Assembly (NCBI GenBank): GCA_964513345.1
Contig: CAZELY010000001.1
Coordinates: 8,289 to 72,288 of the forward strand
Origin: an uncultured Muribaculaceae bacterium
GTDB taxonomy: Bacteria; Bacillota_I; Bacilli_A; RF39; UBA660
DNA: 64,000 nucleotides
Direction: 5' to 3'
Under the pieces are notes generated by a model. That model ran no database searches and was not told the DNA's origin. It saw only the letters and a list, made by a program, of their open reading frames with translations. The position numbers and the translations under genes were made by a program. Of this stretch, positions 16,280-26,674 are shown one piece after another (positions within the stretch are counted from its first letter, which is position 1; each line of letters begins with the position of its first letter).

Positions 16280-17801
16280 ATTGAATATTATTTTGCGTTC
16301 CAAATGTAGTCGGTTGTGTATATTGATAATTAGGCATTTGTTGAATCGGTTGCTGATATGTTTGTTGCTGGTATACTGGGCTTTGTGTTTGCTGAATAGG
16401 TTGTTGATAGGTTTGTTGTTGATATATAGGTCTTTGGGTTTGTTGCTGCGCAGGTTGTTGGTACTGTTGTCTTACTGGTTGCTGATAAACCTGTGGTTGT
16501 TGGTAAGTTGGCTGAACTGGTGGTTGATATTGTTGTCTTACTGGTTGTTGCGGTTGAGCTTGTGCTTGCTGTACATTTTGATTCTTTGATTCCTCAGCTT
16601 TAAGTATTGCTCTTTCATCATCATCTAATTCAACTAATGTTAATACTTCATTAAAAGTTGTTTGACCTTCGACAACCTTATTAAGACCATCTTGAAGTAA
16701 AGTAACAACACCAGATTTATATACCATTTCACGAAGCTCATCTTTTGTAACACTTTCACTTAGTGCATCCCTAATTGATCTAGTGATTCGAAGTACTTCT
16801 TGAAGGGCAATACGTCCTTTAAATCCACCGTGACATTGGTCACAACCTTCGACATCCCATATTTCTTCAACGTCTTTATTTAAAACCTTTTTAAAAACAG
16901 CTTTTTCATAACTAGTAGTTTTTCTTTTAACTTTACAATTATCACATAATTTTCTAGCTAATGTTTGCGAAATTATTCCTTCAAGTGAAGCTGCTAATAA
17001 ATAACGTGGAACTTCCATATCAACTAAACGTTCAATAGTGTTTAGTGAATTGTTCGTATGGACAGTTGATAAAACTAAGTGTCCAGTAATAGATGCACGA
17101 ACGGCTATTTGAGCAGTTTCAGTATCACGAATTTCACCAATCATGATAATATTTGGGTCTTGACGCAAAATTGAACGCAATGCTGAAGCAAATGTAAGAC
17201 CAATTCCACTATTAACTTGAACTTGGTTAATACCTTTAATGTCCATTTCAATCGGGTCTTCAACGGTAATAATATTTGTTGTTGATTTATTTAAATATTG
17301 TAAAGCTGAATAAACCGTTGTAGATTTACCAGAACCAGTGGCTCCAGTAACTAAGATTATTCCATTAGGAACTGATATAATTTCTAATAATTTCTTATAA
17401 TTATCTTCACTAAATCCAAGTTCGTCAAGCCCGGCCATACTTAGTGAGTAATCTAAAATACGAATAACTATTTTTTCGCCATTACTTACTGGAAGCGAAG
17501 ACACACGTAAATCCAAATCAACATCATTGATTGTTGTTTTAATCGCACCATCCTGTGGGCGACGAGATTCCGTAATATTCATTTTGGCAATAGTTTTTAT
17601 ACGCGTAACTAAATAGTCCCTAGTAGTGTTAGGCACTTCAGCATAATCAATTAAATCACCATCAATTCTGATTCGAATTAATAAATGATCTTCATACGGA
17701 TCAAAATGTATATCACTCGCCCCACGTTTAGAAGAGTCAACTAAAATATCGTTAACAACATCAACGATTGGCGTATTTTGATAATCAAAAGTTTTTAACA
17801 T
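16278..17801 (-). CDS. Type IV pilus/competence assembly ATPase (GspE/PilB/ComGA family) with a Gln/Pro/Tyr-rich C-terminal extension
   Basis: Walker A GATGSGKST. Asp/His boxes (IMIGEIRD, GHLVLSTVHTN). Tetracysteine CDNC...CDQC, typical of assembly ATPases. ~400-aa core followed by a ~100-aa low-complexity tail. Confidence 0.9.
   Translation of the reverse strand: MLKTFDYQNTPIVDVVNDILVDSSKRGASDIHFDPYEDHLLIRIRIDGDLIDYAEVPNTTRDYLVTRIKTIAKMNITESRRPQDGAIKTTINDVDLDLRVSSLPVSNGEKIVIRILDYSLSMAGLDELGFSEDNYKKLLEIISVPNGIILVTGATGSGKSTTVYSALQYLNKSTTNIITVEDPIEMDIKGINQVQVNSGIGLTFASALRSILRQDPNIIMIGEIRDTETAQIAVRASITGHLVLSTVHTNNSLNTIERLVDMEVPRYLLAASLEGIISQTLARKLCDNCKVKRKTTSYEKAVFKKVLNKDVEEIWDVEGCDQCHGGFKGRIALQEVLRITRSIRDALSESVTKDELREMVYKSGVVTLLQDGLNKVVEGQTTFNEVLTLVELDDDERAILKAEESKNQNVQQAQAQPQQPVRQQYQPPVQPTYQQPQVYQQPVRQQYQQPAQQQTQRPIYQQQTYQQPIQQTQSPVYQQQTYQQPIQQMPNYQYTQPTTFGTQNNIQ
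16281..16583 (-). repeat. Coding low-complexity/tandem-repeat region (Q/P/Y-rich tail of the ATPase)
   Basis: 101 codons, mostly Gln, Pro, Tyr, Val and Thr. A 51-nt unit is repeated in tandem (16337-16387 and 16388-16438). A second ~25-nt motif recurs 63 nt apart (about 16461 and 16524). Confidence 0.85.
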
Positions 17802-17905
17802 ATTTTTACGCTCCTTTATCCCTTTATTTACATAAGGACTAGAATTTATCCTAAATATATTATATAATATATTTGAAAGAATTACAAACTAAAAAGGAGC
17901 AATTT

Positions 17906-18436
17906 ATGAAAAAAATTAATAATAAAGGATTTTTGCTTGTAGAAACAATGGTAGTTGCAACATTTTGTGTGACCATTTTAGTCATGCTATTTTTGCAATT
18001 TAAAAATATCGTTAACATATACAACAATAGTTACAAATATAATACCGTTGATGGCATTTATAGTTTGGGTGTAGCTAAAAAATATATTGCTCAACGTAAT
18101 TTTGGTACTGCTTTGAATTTAAGTGATACCACTAGTTATAAATGGATATACAAATATGGTAGCGCTAATTGTAGTAATTATAATACTACAGCTAACAAAA
18201 ATTTTTGTAAGCAAATGATTGAAAACGCAAATATTAAAAATTTAATTTATACGGATGAGTCACACTTTTCAACATTTTTGACTAAACTTTCTAGCACAGC
18301 TGGTCTTAAAGAAAGCGGAGAAACAGGATTTCGTAATTTTATTAATCAGTTAAAAGATAAAGAAGGCAATAGATTAATCGCAGAATTCAATGATGGTACA
18401 TATGCTAGTATAACATGGGTTGAGAATAGCGGATAA
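17906..18436 (+). CDS. Pilin-like protein with prepilin-type N-terminus (minor pilin/pseudopilin)
   Basis: RBS AAGGAG before ATG 17906. MKKINNKG|FLLVETMVVATFCVTILVMLF has Gly-1, Phe+1, Glu+5 and a hydrophobic helix. 176 aa. Confidence 0.75.
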   Translation: MKKINNKGFLLVETMVVATFCVTILVMLFLQFKNIVNIYNNSYKYNTVDGIYSLGVAKKYIAQRNFGTALNLSDTTSYKWIYKYGSANCSNYNTTANKNFCKQMIENANIKNLIYTDESHFSTFLTKLSSTAGLKESGETGFRNFINQLKDKEGNRLIAEFNDGTYASITWVENSG

Positions 18437-18457
18437 TGTAAAAGAGGGGATAGTAAT

Positions 18458-18991
18458 ATGAAAAATAACAAAGGATTTACAGTTGTTGAATTGCTGGCTT
18501 CATTTACTTTAACAATGATTATTGTTGTATTTTTGTTCGAAATAGTTTTAGATTTAAAAAATGTTTATATGAGCAATACCGTTCGAGCAAAAGTACTTAA
18601 TAAAAATGCTACAATCGCGGCTAGAATAAATTCAGAAATAAGTGATAAAAATATTAGCTATACTGTTTGTGAAAACAATGAATGTACAATTTATTATGAT
18701 ACCGATTGCAAATCGATTGTCGTTAAATTAGATGCTGAAAATAATAAGATGATGTTTACTGGCGATAATAACAAAAGTATTAGTTTTCCCGAAAACACTA
18801 CAATAAAAAGTTACAATTTCCAGCGTAATTATATTTATGATGAAAATGTTGGTATCGATAATGCTATTGTTAAAATCAGTTATACAATTGAAAGTGACTT
18901 TTTTGAGAAAGATGTAACCTTTAATTACACCTATAGTTATCATGAGGACGCTGTTTCTTATTGCGGAATAGAAGCTACCGACGCATCATAA
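18458..18991 (+). CDS. Pilin-like protein with prepilin-type N-terminus (minor pilin/pseudopilin)
   Basis: RBS GAGGGGA. MKNNKG|FTVVELLASFTLTMIIVVFLF has the canonical class III signal. 177 aa. Confidence 0.8.
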   Translation: MKNNKGFTVVELLASFTLTMIIVVFLFEIVLDLKNVYMSNTVRAKVLNKNATIAARINSEISDKNISYTVCENNECTIYYDTDCKSIVVKLDAENNKMMFTGDNNKSISFPENTTIKSYNFQRNYIYDENVGIDNAIVKISYTIESDFFEKDVTFNYTYSYHEDAVSYCGIEATDAS

Positions 18992-19954
18992 ATAAACATC
19001 AAATAGTATAAAAGTAATTATTCCGGCAATTAAAGAATGCAACAATCTGGAAATTAAAAATGGTGCGTATTTAATATCAGTATCACTTAAAATGCTTATT
19101 ATTTGCAAATGTACGCTAAAGCCACCAAAAGAAATAATTATTGTCGATAAAACAGCTTTAATTTTTAATGATAAATTTTCCATACTGATATATTTTAGTC
19201 CTTGGGTCATTTCAATAAATCCATTTAGAATGCTTTGAAAAACACTATTTAAAGAAATATTGTTGTCAATAATGGTTGTTAGTACTAAACATATAGTAAT
19301 AACTCCTAGGATGAGTAATAATGTATTAATACTATTTACTAAAGAATTAGTAAAAATTGTTCCAAAATTATTTTTGTTGCTAATTCTTTTTTCATGCATC
19401 ATTGAAATTGATTTTTTTAAATTGTACTTTGTTTTTTCGTTTTTACTTGGATGAAAATTTCTAAAAAGCAAACCGACAATTAAATTACCAATGTAGTGAC
19501 AAAATAAAATTAAATAACCAACTTTTTGATTTTTTAAAAAGAAAACACTTACAGTTCCTAAAATAAATAAGGGATTTGCAAAACAACTAAAGCATAATAT
19601 TTTAGTAGCTTCCCATTTATTAAGTGAACCATTAAAATATAATTCTCGCGTATATTTGGCATTAGCGGGATTTCCTGATATAATACTCATGACAAGAATA
19701 AATGCTGCTGAAGAGTTTATTTTAAATAATTTATTCATGAATGGTTTCAATAAATAACCAATAAATTCAGGAATTCCATATTTAACCATAATTTCTGATA
19801 AAACAAAGAATGGGAATAAGGAAGGGAAAACATTATCTTTCCAAATGGAAAGAGCAAAACTTACCGAATTTAATATGTTTTTAGATTCTGTTAAAATTTC
19901 AAAACACAAAAAAAACAAAACAAAAATTATTAAAACACTAATCCTTTTTTGCAT
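18986..19954 (-). CDS. ylbJ: YlbJ-like integral membrane protein (nucleoside-recognition/Gate domain; sporulation-associated in Bacillus)
   Basis: Polytopic membrane protein. ALSIWKDNVFPSLFPFFVLSEIM...ISGNPANAKYT resembles YlbJ. It neighbours a YlbL-like gene, as in Bacillus. Start taken at ATG 19954, after AGGGG. Confidence 0.65.
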   Translation of the reverse strand: MQKRISVLIIFVLFFLCFEILTESKNILNSVSFALSIWKDNVFPSLFPFFVLSEIMVKYGIPEFIGYLLKPFMNKLFKINSSAAFILVMSIISGNPANAKYTRELYFNGSLNKWEATKILCFSCFANPLFILGTVSVFFLKNQKVGYLILFCHYIGNLIVGLLFRNFHPSKNEKTKYNLKKSISMMHEKRISNKNNFGTIFTNSLVNSINTLLLILGVITICLVLTTIIDNNISLNSVFQSILNGFIEMTQGLKYISMENLSLKIKAVLSTIIISFGGFSVHLQIISILSDTDIKYAPFLISRLLHSLIAGIITFILFDVYL

Positions 19955-19985
19955 AAGTTTCAACCCCTAATAGAAAGGAAATACT

Positions 19986-20981
19986 ATGATTAATAAATTA
20001 TATGAAGGCATTAAAGAAAATTACAAAACATTATTATTTTTTATAATTCTTTTTTTGATTTTCTGTATTAAATTACCACTTTATATATCGGCTCCAGGAG
20101 GAATTATTAATACTGATGAAAAAATAAAAATATCATCTGACTTTAAGTTAAAAGGTTCTTTGAACATGGCTTTTGTATCACAAATTGATGGTAACGTACC
20201 AATCCTTTTATACGCTTTAGTTAATCCTAATTGGGATATTGAACGAGAAAAGGATATAACTACTGGTTCGGAAAGTCCTGAAGATATGGAGTATCGTAAT
20301 AAAATGCTTTTAAAGGAGGCTAACAATACAGCTTTGCTTGTCGCTTTTAATCATTCAAATACACAATATAAAACAGAAAACCATAAAATATACATTACAT
20401 ATATTGATGATTTAGCTAAAACAAATTTAAAATTAGGCGATCAAATAATTAAAGTTGATGGTCATGATGTTTTAAAAAAACAGGATTTATATGATTATAT
20501 TTCTACTAAAAAACCGGCTGACAAGGTAGAATTTACAGTTATTAGAAAAGGTAAACAAAAAAAATGTATTTCTGAGCTTATAAATATTGAAAATGAAGCT
20601 AAAGTTGGAGTGGTTATTACTGAAGTTATGGATATTAAATCAGATACTCATGTAGAATTTAAATTTAAAGATTCAGAGTCTGGCTCTTCCGGTGGCCTTA
20701 TAACCGCGCTAACTATTTATAGCTATTTAAATAAAATTGATCTAACTGCCGGCAAAAAAATTGTCGCTACAGGAACAATTGATATTGATGGCAATGTTGG
20801 CGAAATTAGCGGCATTAAGTATAAATTAATAGGTGCTGTTAAAGAAAAAGCTGATGTATTCTTGGTACCACAGGGTAAAAACTATACTGAAGCTCGTGAT
20901 TTAAAAAATAAAAAAGGTTATGATATTGACATTATTCCAGTTGAAACGTTTGAAGAAGCTTTAAAGTACTTACAAACTTGA
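19986..20981 (+). CDS. ylbL: YlbL/SepM-like membrane protease (PDZ domain plus Lon-type S16 protease domain)
   Basis: N-terminal TM helix. PDZ-like LKLGDQIIKVDG. Lon-C-like SGSSGGL...ATGTIDIDGNVGEISGIKYKLIGA. Confidence 0.8.
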   Translation: MINKLYEGIKENYKTLLFFIILFLIFCIKLPLYISAPGGIINTDEKIKISSDFKLKGSLNMAFVSQIDGNVPILLYALVNPNWDIEREKDITTGSESPEDMEYRNKMLLKEANNTALLVAFNHSNTQYKTENHKIYITYIDDLAKTNLKLGDQIIKVDGHDVLKKQDLYDYISTKKPADKVEFTVIRKGKQKKCISELINIENEAKVGVVITEVMDIKSDTHVEFKFKDSESGSSGGLITALTIYSYLNKIDLTAGKKIVATGTIDIDGNVGEISGIKYKLIGAVKEKADVFLVPQGKNYTEARDLKNKKGYDIDIIPVETFEEALKYLQT

Positions 20982-21026
20982 TTTATTTTAAAAACCTGCT
21001 ATAATAACGCTGCTAGGGGGAATAGT

Positions 21027-21620
21027 ATGATAAGTGAAAAAGGAAAAAGACAAAGTCTTCGTTGGATAAAAAGGCATTTAAAGTCAATACCTGAAGTTGA
21101 TGAGAGAAATTATCAAGAAATAGCGCGTTTAATCGTTGACGATGAGCTTTTAGAAGAAATTTTTTGGGATGTTTATGGTGATCCATGTTTTACGCCTAGA
21201 GAAATGCGTAAATTAGACTTATCGAGATTAAGCTTTATTAATGAAAAATTAGAAGGACTTAACTTAAGCTATACAAATGCCAAATTAATTGAACCACAAA
21301 AAGCTAAAGAACGATCATGTATGTTTGCTAATTTTGAAGGCTTAGATTTATCAGAAGCTATTTGGGATAATTGTTATATTGAAGGGGCTAATTTAACAAA
21401 CACGCATAGTATTATAGATTTAAATACTATAGGAGGCTATTCTGATAAGACAAAATTAGCTGGATGTTACATAATGTTATCTAGTTTAATTGATCGAAGA
21501 ATTCCGCTTAATATGATTGATGGAGCTCATTTTATTGACGATATTTCAAGAGAAAAAGCAGATTTTACTAACAATGGAGAAGAAAAACCTAAAGTTCTTA
21601 CTATAGGGCCATTATATTAA
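21027..21620 (+). CDS. Hypothetical protein with pentapeptide-repeat-like segment
   Basis: LEGLNLSYTNAKL...ANFEGLDLSEAIWDNCYIEGANLTNT resembles A(D/N)LXX repeats. The call is weak. Confidence 0.4.
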   Translation: MISEKGKRQSLRWIKRHLKSIPEVDERNYQEIARLIVDDELLEEIFWDVYGDPCFTPREMRKLDLSRLSFINEKLEGLNLSYTNAKLIEPQKAKERSCMFANFEGLDLSEAIWDNCYIEGANLTNTHSIIDLNTIGGYSDKTKLAGCYIMLSSLIDRRIPLNMIDGAHFIDDISREKADFTNNGEEKPKVLTIGPLY

Positions 21621-21624
21621 TAGA

Positions 21625-21652
21625 AAAAAGTTCAAAAAATGAACTTTTTTTT
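21625..21652 (+). terminator. Rho-independent terminator
   Basis: AAAAAGTTC-AAAAAAT-GAACTTTTT followed by a T-run. Confidence 0.75.
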
Positions 21653-21716
21653 GACATTTTCTTTGCTTTTTGTTAAAAATATAGTATAATTATTATGATA
21701 CTTGGGAGATGATGAT

Positions 21717-22955
21717 ATGGAGCATGTATATTCAAGCATTGATATCGGCAGCGATACTATTAAAATTGTAGTATGTGAATTATACAAAAACCACTTAAAT
21801 TTACTTGCTGCTTGTCAAAAACCTGCACGCGGAATAAAAAAAGGATTAATTGTTGATCCTAATGCCGCAAGAGAATCTATAAAAGAAGCTTTTGACGAAA
21901 TTGAAGATATGCTTGGTATTGAAATAAAAAAAGTTATTACCTCAGTTCCTAGTTATCTATCCGAGTATAAAATAATTAAAGGTGAAACTGAAGTTGCTGG
22001 TGAAATAATAACGGCTTCTGATATGACAAATTCATATAAAAGTGGCATTAAGGCTGTTCTTAAACCAGATTATGAATTTGTAACTTTAGTTCCAATTGAT
22101 TTTAAAATTAACGATAAAACCATTATGAAAGACCCTAAAGATTTTCCAGGTAACAAATTAATGGGTCGCGCAATGATGGTTATGGCACCAAAGAAAAATG
22201 TTTATTCAGTTGCGAGTATTTTAGAGAGTTTAGATATTGAAGTCGAAGATGTATCAGTTTCTAGTATAAGTGACATGAATAGTTTTAAAAATAAAGAAAT
22301 TGAAAATGATATCGGAGCCATTATAAATATGGGGGCCGAAACAACAACAATTAATCTTTATAACAAAGGTATACCTGTAAATACAAAAATTATTACAATG
22401 GGTGGTAAAGATATCGATAACGATATTGCCTATATGTATAAAATTAGTTTTGAAGAAGCTAAAAAAATTAAAGAAAAATTTGCTTTAGCTACTAAGCAGA
22501 GTGCTAATGCAAAAGACATATATGAAACAACAAATTTAGAAGGCGAGAAAATCAAAATTAATCAACAAGAAGTATCAGAAATAGCCATGTGTCGTATCGA
22601 TGAAATACTAACATTGGTAAAAAATGAATTAAATGGCTTAACAAATCGTCCAATTAAGTATATAATAGTAACTGGTGGGGTAAGTAACATGATAAATATT
22701 GAAACCCTTATCCATAATAATTTGGGCCCACGTGCTTATATTGGCAACATTAAATTAGTTGGTGCGCGTAACAATAAATATAGTACAGCTTTAGGAAATA
22801 TTATTTATTTTATTGGCACCTTAAAATTAAAAGGGCAAGATTACACAATGCTTAGTAAACGAGAGATGGATATTATATCTTCTCCAAATAAGCGTTTAAA
22901 TATATCAGATGAAACAATGCTGGGAAAGGTATTTGGCTACTTTTTCGGTGAATAG
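21717..22955 (+). CDS. ftsA: Cell division protein FtsA
   Basis: Actin-like fold motifs ([21 protein letters not shown]). Immediately upstream of ftsZ. ATG 21717 follows GGGAGATGA. Confidence 0.9.
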   Translation: MEHVYSSIDIGSDTIKIVVCELYKNHLNLLAACQKPARGIKKGLIVDPNAARESIKEAFDEIEDMLGIEIKKVITSVPSYLSEYKIIKGETEVAGEIITASDMTNSYKSGIKAVLKPDYEFVTLVPIDFKINDKTIMKDPKDFPGNKLMGRAMMVMAPKKNVYSVASILESLDIEVEDVSVSSISDMNSFKNKEIENDIGAIINMGAETTTINLYNKGIPVNTKIITMGGKDIDNDIAYMYKISFEEAKKIKEKFALATKQSANAKDIYETTNLEGEKIKINQQEVSEIAMCRIDEILTLVKNELNGLTNRPIKYIIVTGGVSNMINIETLIHNNLGPRAYIGNIKLVGARNNKYSTALGNIIYFIGTLKLKGQDYTMLSKREMDIISSPNKRLNISDETMLGKVFGYFFGE

Positions 22956-22966
22956 GAGGAATAATA

Positions 22967-24028
22967 ATGTTTGGATTAGAAATGGATCAATTAGCAAAAA
23001 TTAAAGTAATAGGAATCGGTGGTGGTGGAAATAATGCCGTTAACCGAATGATAGAATCAGGAGTACAAGCCGTAGAGTTTATCGTAGCCAATACTGATGA
23101 ACAAGTTTTAAAAGCTTCACTTGCTGAGAAAAAAATTCAAATGGGAGCGCAACTTACAGGTGGACTTGGAGCTGGAGCTAACCCACAAATTGGTAAAGAA
23201 GCGGCTTTAGAATCAAAAGCTGAAATCGAAGAAATTTTAAAAGATGCTGACATGGTATTTATTACATGTGGAATGGGTGGCGGAACCGGAACTGGTGCTG
23301 CTCCAGTAATTGCCGACATTGCGCAAAGCCAAGGTGCACTTACTGTTGGTATTGTTACAAAACCATTCTCATTTGAAGGCAAAAAACGTATGGAACAAGC
23401 TTTAGAGGGTATTGAAGAGTTACGTAAACACGTGGATACATTAATCGTTGTTCCAAACGATAGATTAAGAGAAATTATCGACAAATCTACACCATTACTT
23501 GAATCATTTAAAGAAGTTGATAACGTATTACGCCGTGGTGTTCAATCAATATCTGATTTGATTGCCGTTGCCGGACTTATCAACCTAGACTTCGCTGATG
23601 TTAGAGCTGTTATGGAAAAACGCGGTGATGCTCTAATCGGTATAGGTGCTGGAGTAGGTGAAGATAGAGCGGTTGAAGCAGCTAATCAAGCTGTATTAAG
23701 CCCATTACTTGAAACAAGTATAGATGGTGCTACAGATGCTATTATCAATGTTACAGGTGGCCCAAATTTAACTTTATTTGAAGTTGAAGAAGCCGTTGAA
23801 GCTATTAGAAAATCAGCAAATACTGATATTAACACAATATTTGGTGCTGTTATTAATGAAAACTTCACTGACGAAATAATTGTAACTGTAATTGCTACTG
23901 GTTTTGAAACAACTAGACAAAACACACCATCACATGCCAGCAGGGAAGAAACAATTGATGTTGATTTTAATGAAGACAATGATGAAGACACTGTTATTCC
24001 TGCATTTTTAAGAAAAAGAAATTTTTAG
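22967..24028 (+). CDS. ftsZ: Cell division GTPase FtsZ
   Basis: [13 protein letters not shown] and [13 protein letters not shown] tubulin signature. Conserved C-terminal peptide IPAFLRKR. Confidence 0.97.
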   Translation: MFGLEMDQLAKIKVIGIGGGGNNAVNRMIESGVQAVEFIVANTDEQVLKASLAEKKIQMGAQLTGGLGAGANPQIGKEAALESKAEIEEILKDADMVFITCGMGGGTGTGAAPVIADIAQSQGALTVGIVTKPFSFEGKKRMEQALEGIEELRKHVDTLIVVPNDRLREIIDKSTPLLESFKEVDNVLRRGVQSISDLIAVAGLINLDFADVRAVMEKRGDALIGIGAGVGEDRAVEAANQAVLSPLLETSIDGATDAIINVTGGPNLTLFEVEEAVEAIRKSANTDINTIFGAVINENFTDEIIVTVIATGFETTRQNTPSHASREETIDVDFNEDNDEDTVIPAFLRKRNF

Positions 24029-24051
24029 AGAACTAAATGTTCTCTTTTTTA
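24027..24051 (+). terminator. Rho-independent terminator after ftsZ
   Basis: AGAGAAC-TAAAT-GTTCTCT followed by T6. Confidence 0.75.
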
Positions 24052-24107
24052 TTGTAAAATAATTGATTTTACGCTATAATTAGTATGGACTTTTATGGAG
24101 GTTTAAC

Positions 24108-24386
24108 ATGGATATAGAATTTAATAGTGCATCAGAACTATATGAAAGACTAAAACCAGCATTAAAATCTAAGGTTGCTGAACTTAAAAGAGATGGTTTT
24201 ACTTACTTAACTATAGAAGATGTTTGGAATTACTTAAAAGAAAGTAAATGGAAAAACAGCAAAAATTTAGCATTAAATGAAATGGTTAGTGATATTTTTA
24301 GTACGGATAATATCATAATCGATGATTATTTTAAAGGTAAAATGGCTAAAAGAACAAGAAGGGTATATTTAGACAGTCAGGAGTGA
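24108..24386 (+). CDS. Small ComN-like post-transcriptional regulator family protein
   Basis: 92 aa. Sits directly upstream of secDF, as the comN/yrzD-type gene does in many Bacillota. LTIEDVWNYL...KW motif. Assignment from memory. Confidence 0.5.
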   Translation: MDIEFNSASELYERLKPALKSKVAELKRDGFTYLTIEDVWNYLKESKWKNSKNLALNEMVSDIFSTDNIIIDDYFKGKMAKRTRRVYLDSQE

Positions 24387-24390
24387 AAAC

Positions 24391-26658
24391 ATGAAAAGAA
24401 TATTTACGAAAGTTTTATTTACAGTAATGATAATAGCGGCCGCTATTACATTATTAATTCCGGTTTTACAAAATGTTAAATTAGGCCTTGATTTACAAGG
24501 CGGATTTGAAGTTTTATATCAAATTAAAAGTATTGATGGTAAAACTAAAATAACTAATGATGTAATAAATTCAACATATAAAACACTTGTTAAACGTATC
24601 GATGTACTTGGTGTATTAGAACCAACAATCAATATCGAGGGCGATAAAATCAGGGTTCAACTTGCTGGCATTGACAATGCTGATGACGCTCGTAACGTAC
24701 TTAGTCAAACAGCTAGTTTAACTTTCAGAGACACAAATGATAATTTATTAATGACTAGCGATGTATTAAGAAGTGGCGCTGCTAAGGTGGGGCAAGATGA
24801 TATGGGAAGCCCAGTAGTTTCACTTAGCGTTAAAGATAAAGATAAATTTTATAAAATGACCAAAAAAGTTAGTCAAATGGATGATAATAGAATTGTTATT
24901 TGGCTTGATTTTGATGAAAATTCTGATTCATTTGCCAATGAAGAATATCGCTGTGGTTCACTAAATAATTCAAGATGTTTATCAGCCGCAACGGTTTCGC
25001 AAGGATTTAGTAGTGACGTTATAATTCAAGGTAAATTTGAACAAGAAGAAGTTCAAAATTTAGTTGATTTAATTAATTCTGGTAGTATGCCAACTAAATT
25101 GGTTGAGGTTTCTTCTAAAAGCGTTGGCGCTGCTTTCGGTGAAAATGCTTTACAAAAAACCGCAACAGCTGGCGTTATTGGTATTTTAATTATTTGTTTA
25201 TTCTTAATAATTATTTATAGATTTTCTGGATTAATGGCAAGTGTAGGAATTATTATATATTCTTCACTTACAATGTTTGTGTTCTGGTTAATTGGTGGAA
25301 CACTTACTTTACCAGGAATTGCTGCCGTTATTATTGGTATTGGTATGGCGGTTGACTCGAATGTTATTAATTTTGCTAGAATAAAAGATGAATTATATGA
25401 AGGCAGGGGCGTACAATTAGCTTTGAAAAATGGTGATAAAAACTCTTTAGGAACTATTTTGGATGCTAATATTACAACTTTAATTACGGCTATTATATTA
25501 TTTATATTTGGTCAAAGTAGCGTAAAAGGTTTCGCAACTATGCTTATTATTAGTATTTTCATGACCATGCTTATTATGGTATTCTTTACAAGATGGTTAA
25601 TGAAAAAATACGTTGAAACAGGTATTTTTGATAAACATCCGAGAATGTTTATCGGAGTTAATCCAAAAGATATACCAAATGTTAATCGTCGTGAAAAAAG
25701 AACTAAATATTTCTATAAAAAGCTTAATTTTATTAAAAATCGTAAATTTTTCTTAGGCCTTGCTGTCGTTATTGTAGTATGTGGTATATTCTTTACCGCT
25801 AAATCAGGCTTAAATTTAGGCGTTGATTTTAAAGGTGGTACTGTTATTACTTTAGATACTGATCAAGCTATTACAGCTAAAATGGCCAATAAGGATATTA
25901 AAGAATTAGGTTATACATTATATGATTTTGAACAACAAACAGATGGTAATTATGCAATTAAAATAACTGAATCATTAGGCAAAACTAAAGCTATGAAGAT
26001 TGAAGACTATTTTGCTGATAAATATCAAGCTTCAACTGACACTGCAGTTATCTCAACAGTTGTTAAAAAAGAACTTATTAAAAATGCCATTTTGTCACTT
26101 ATTTTGGCTGCCATGGCAATTGTAGCTTATATTTGGATTAGATTTAAGTTTAGTTATGGTGTTAGCTGTATTGCGGCTTTAATTTTAAACGTTTTCGTAA
26201 CAATTTCACTATTTAGTATTCTACATTTGGAAGTTTCAAGTATATTTATTGCCGCTATATTATCAATAATCGGGTATTCTGTTAATGATATAATTATTAC
26301 TTTTGATAGAATTCGCGAAAACGTTAAGAAGAAAAAAGAAATTAAGAAAGCTGAAACATTAGATGATATTGTCAATAATAGTTTGCGAGAAATTTTAAAT
26401 CGTAGTATTATTACAACAATTACAACATTAATTCCAGTAATTGCTTTAATCTTCTTTGGATCTAATGATATATTTGAATTCAATATTGCTTTATTAATTG
26501 GTCTTGTTACCGGAACATTATCTTCATTGTTCGTCGCAAGTCAATTATGGGTTGAAATCGAGAAAAAATATATTAAAACTGGTAAAAAACCAAAAGAAAA
26601 AGAAAAAGTTGTACTTGATGAAGTCGATGAATTCCAGATTAGAGGTATAAACTCTTAG
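24391..26658 (+). CDS. secDF: Protein translocase subunit SecDF (fused)
   Basis: 755 aa. LGLDLQGG and LGVDFKGG starts of the SecD and SecF halves. Two 6-TM blocks. Confidence 0.93.
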   Translation: MKRIFTKVLFTVMIIAAAITLLIPVLQNVKLGLDLQGGFEVLYQIKSIDGKTKITNDVINSTYKTLVKRIDVLGVLEPTINIEGDKIRVQLAGIDNADDARNVLSQTASLTFRDTNDNLLMTSDVLRSGAAKVGQDDMGSPVVSLSVKDKDKFYKMTKKVSQMDDNRIVIWLDFDENSDSFANEEYRCGSLNNSRCLSAATVSQGFSSDVIIQGKFEQEEVQNLVDLINSGSMPTKLVEVSSKSVGAAFGENALQKTATAGVIGILIICLFLIIIYRFSGLMASVGIIIYSSLTMFVFWLIGGTLTLPGIAAVIIGIGMAVDSNVINFARIKDELYEGRGVQLALKNGDKNSLGTILDANITTLITAIILFIFGQSSVKGFATMLIISIFMTMLIMVFFTRWLMKKYVETGIFDKHPRMFIGVNPKDIPNVNRREKRTKYFYKKLNFIKNRKFFLGLAVVIVVCGIFFTAKSGLNLGVDFKGGTVITLDTDQAITAKMANKDIKELGYTLYDFEQQTDGNYAIKITESLGKTKAMKIEDYFADKYQASTDTAVISTVVKKELIKNAILSLILAAMAIVAYIWIRFKFSYGVSCIAALILNVFVTISLFSILHLEVSSIFIAAILSIIGYSVNDIIITFDRIRENVKKKKEIKKAETLDDIVNNSLREILNRSIITTITTLIPVIALIFFGSNDIFEFNIALLIGLVTGTLSSLFVASQLWVEIEKKYIKTGKKPKEKEKVVLDEVDEFQIRGINS

Positions 26659-26674
26659 GGAGAGGTGAAATCAA

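Noticed and set aside
16281-16589. Plus-strand 102-aa Leu-rich ORF overlapping the ATPase tail.
   Set aside because: It is the mirror image of the CAA/CAG-rich Gln repeat (TTG/CTG gives Leu). It has no RBS and runs into the terminator, so it is an artefact of the repeat composition.
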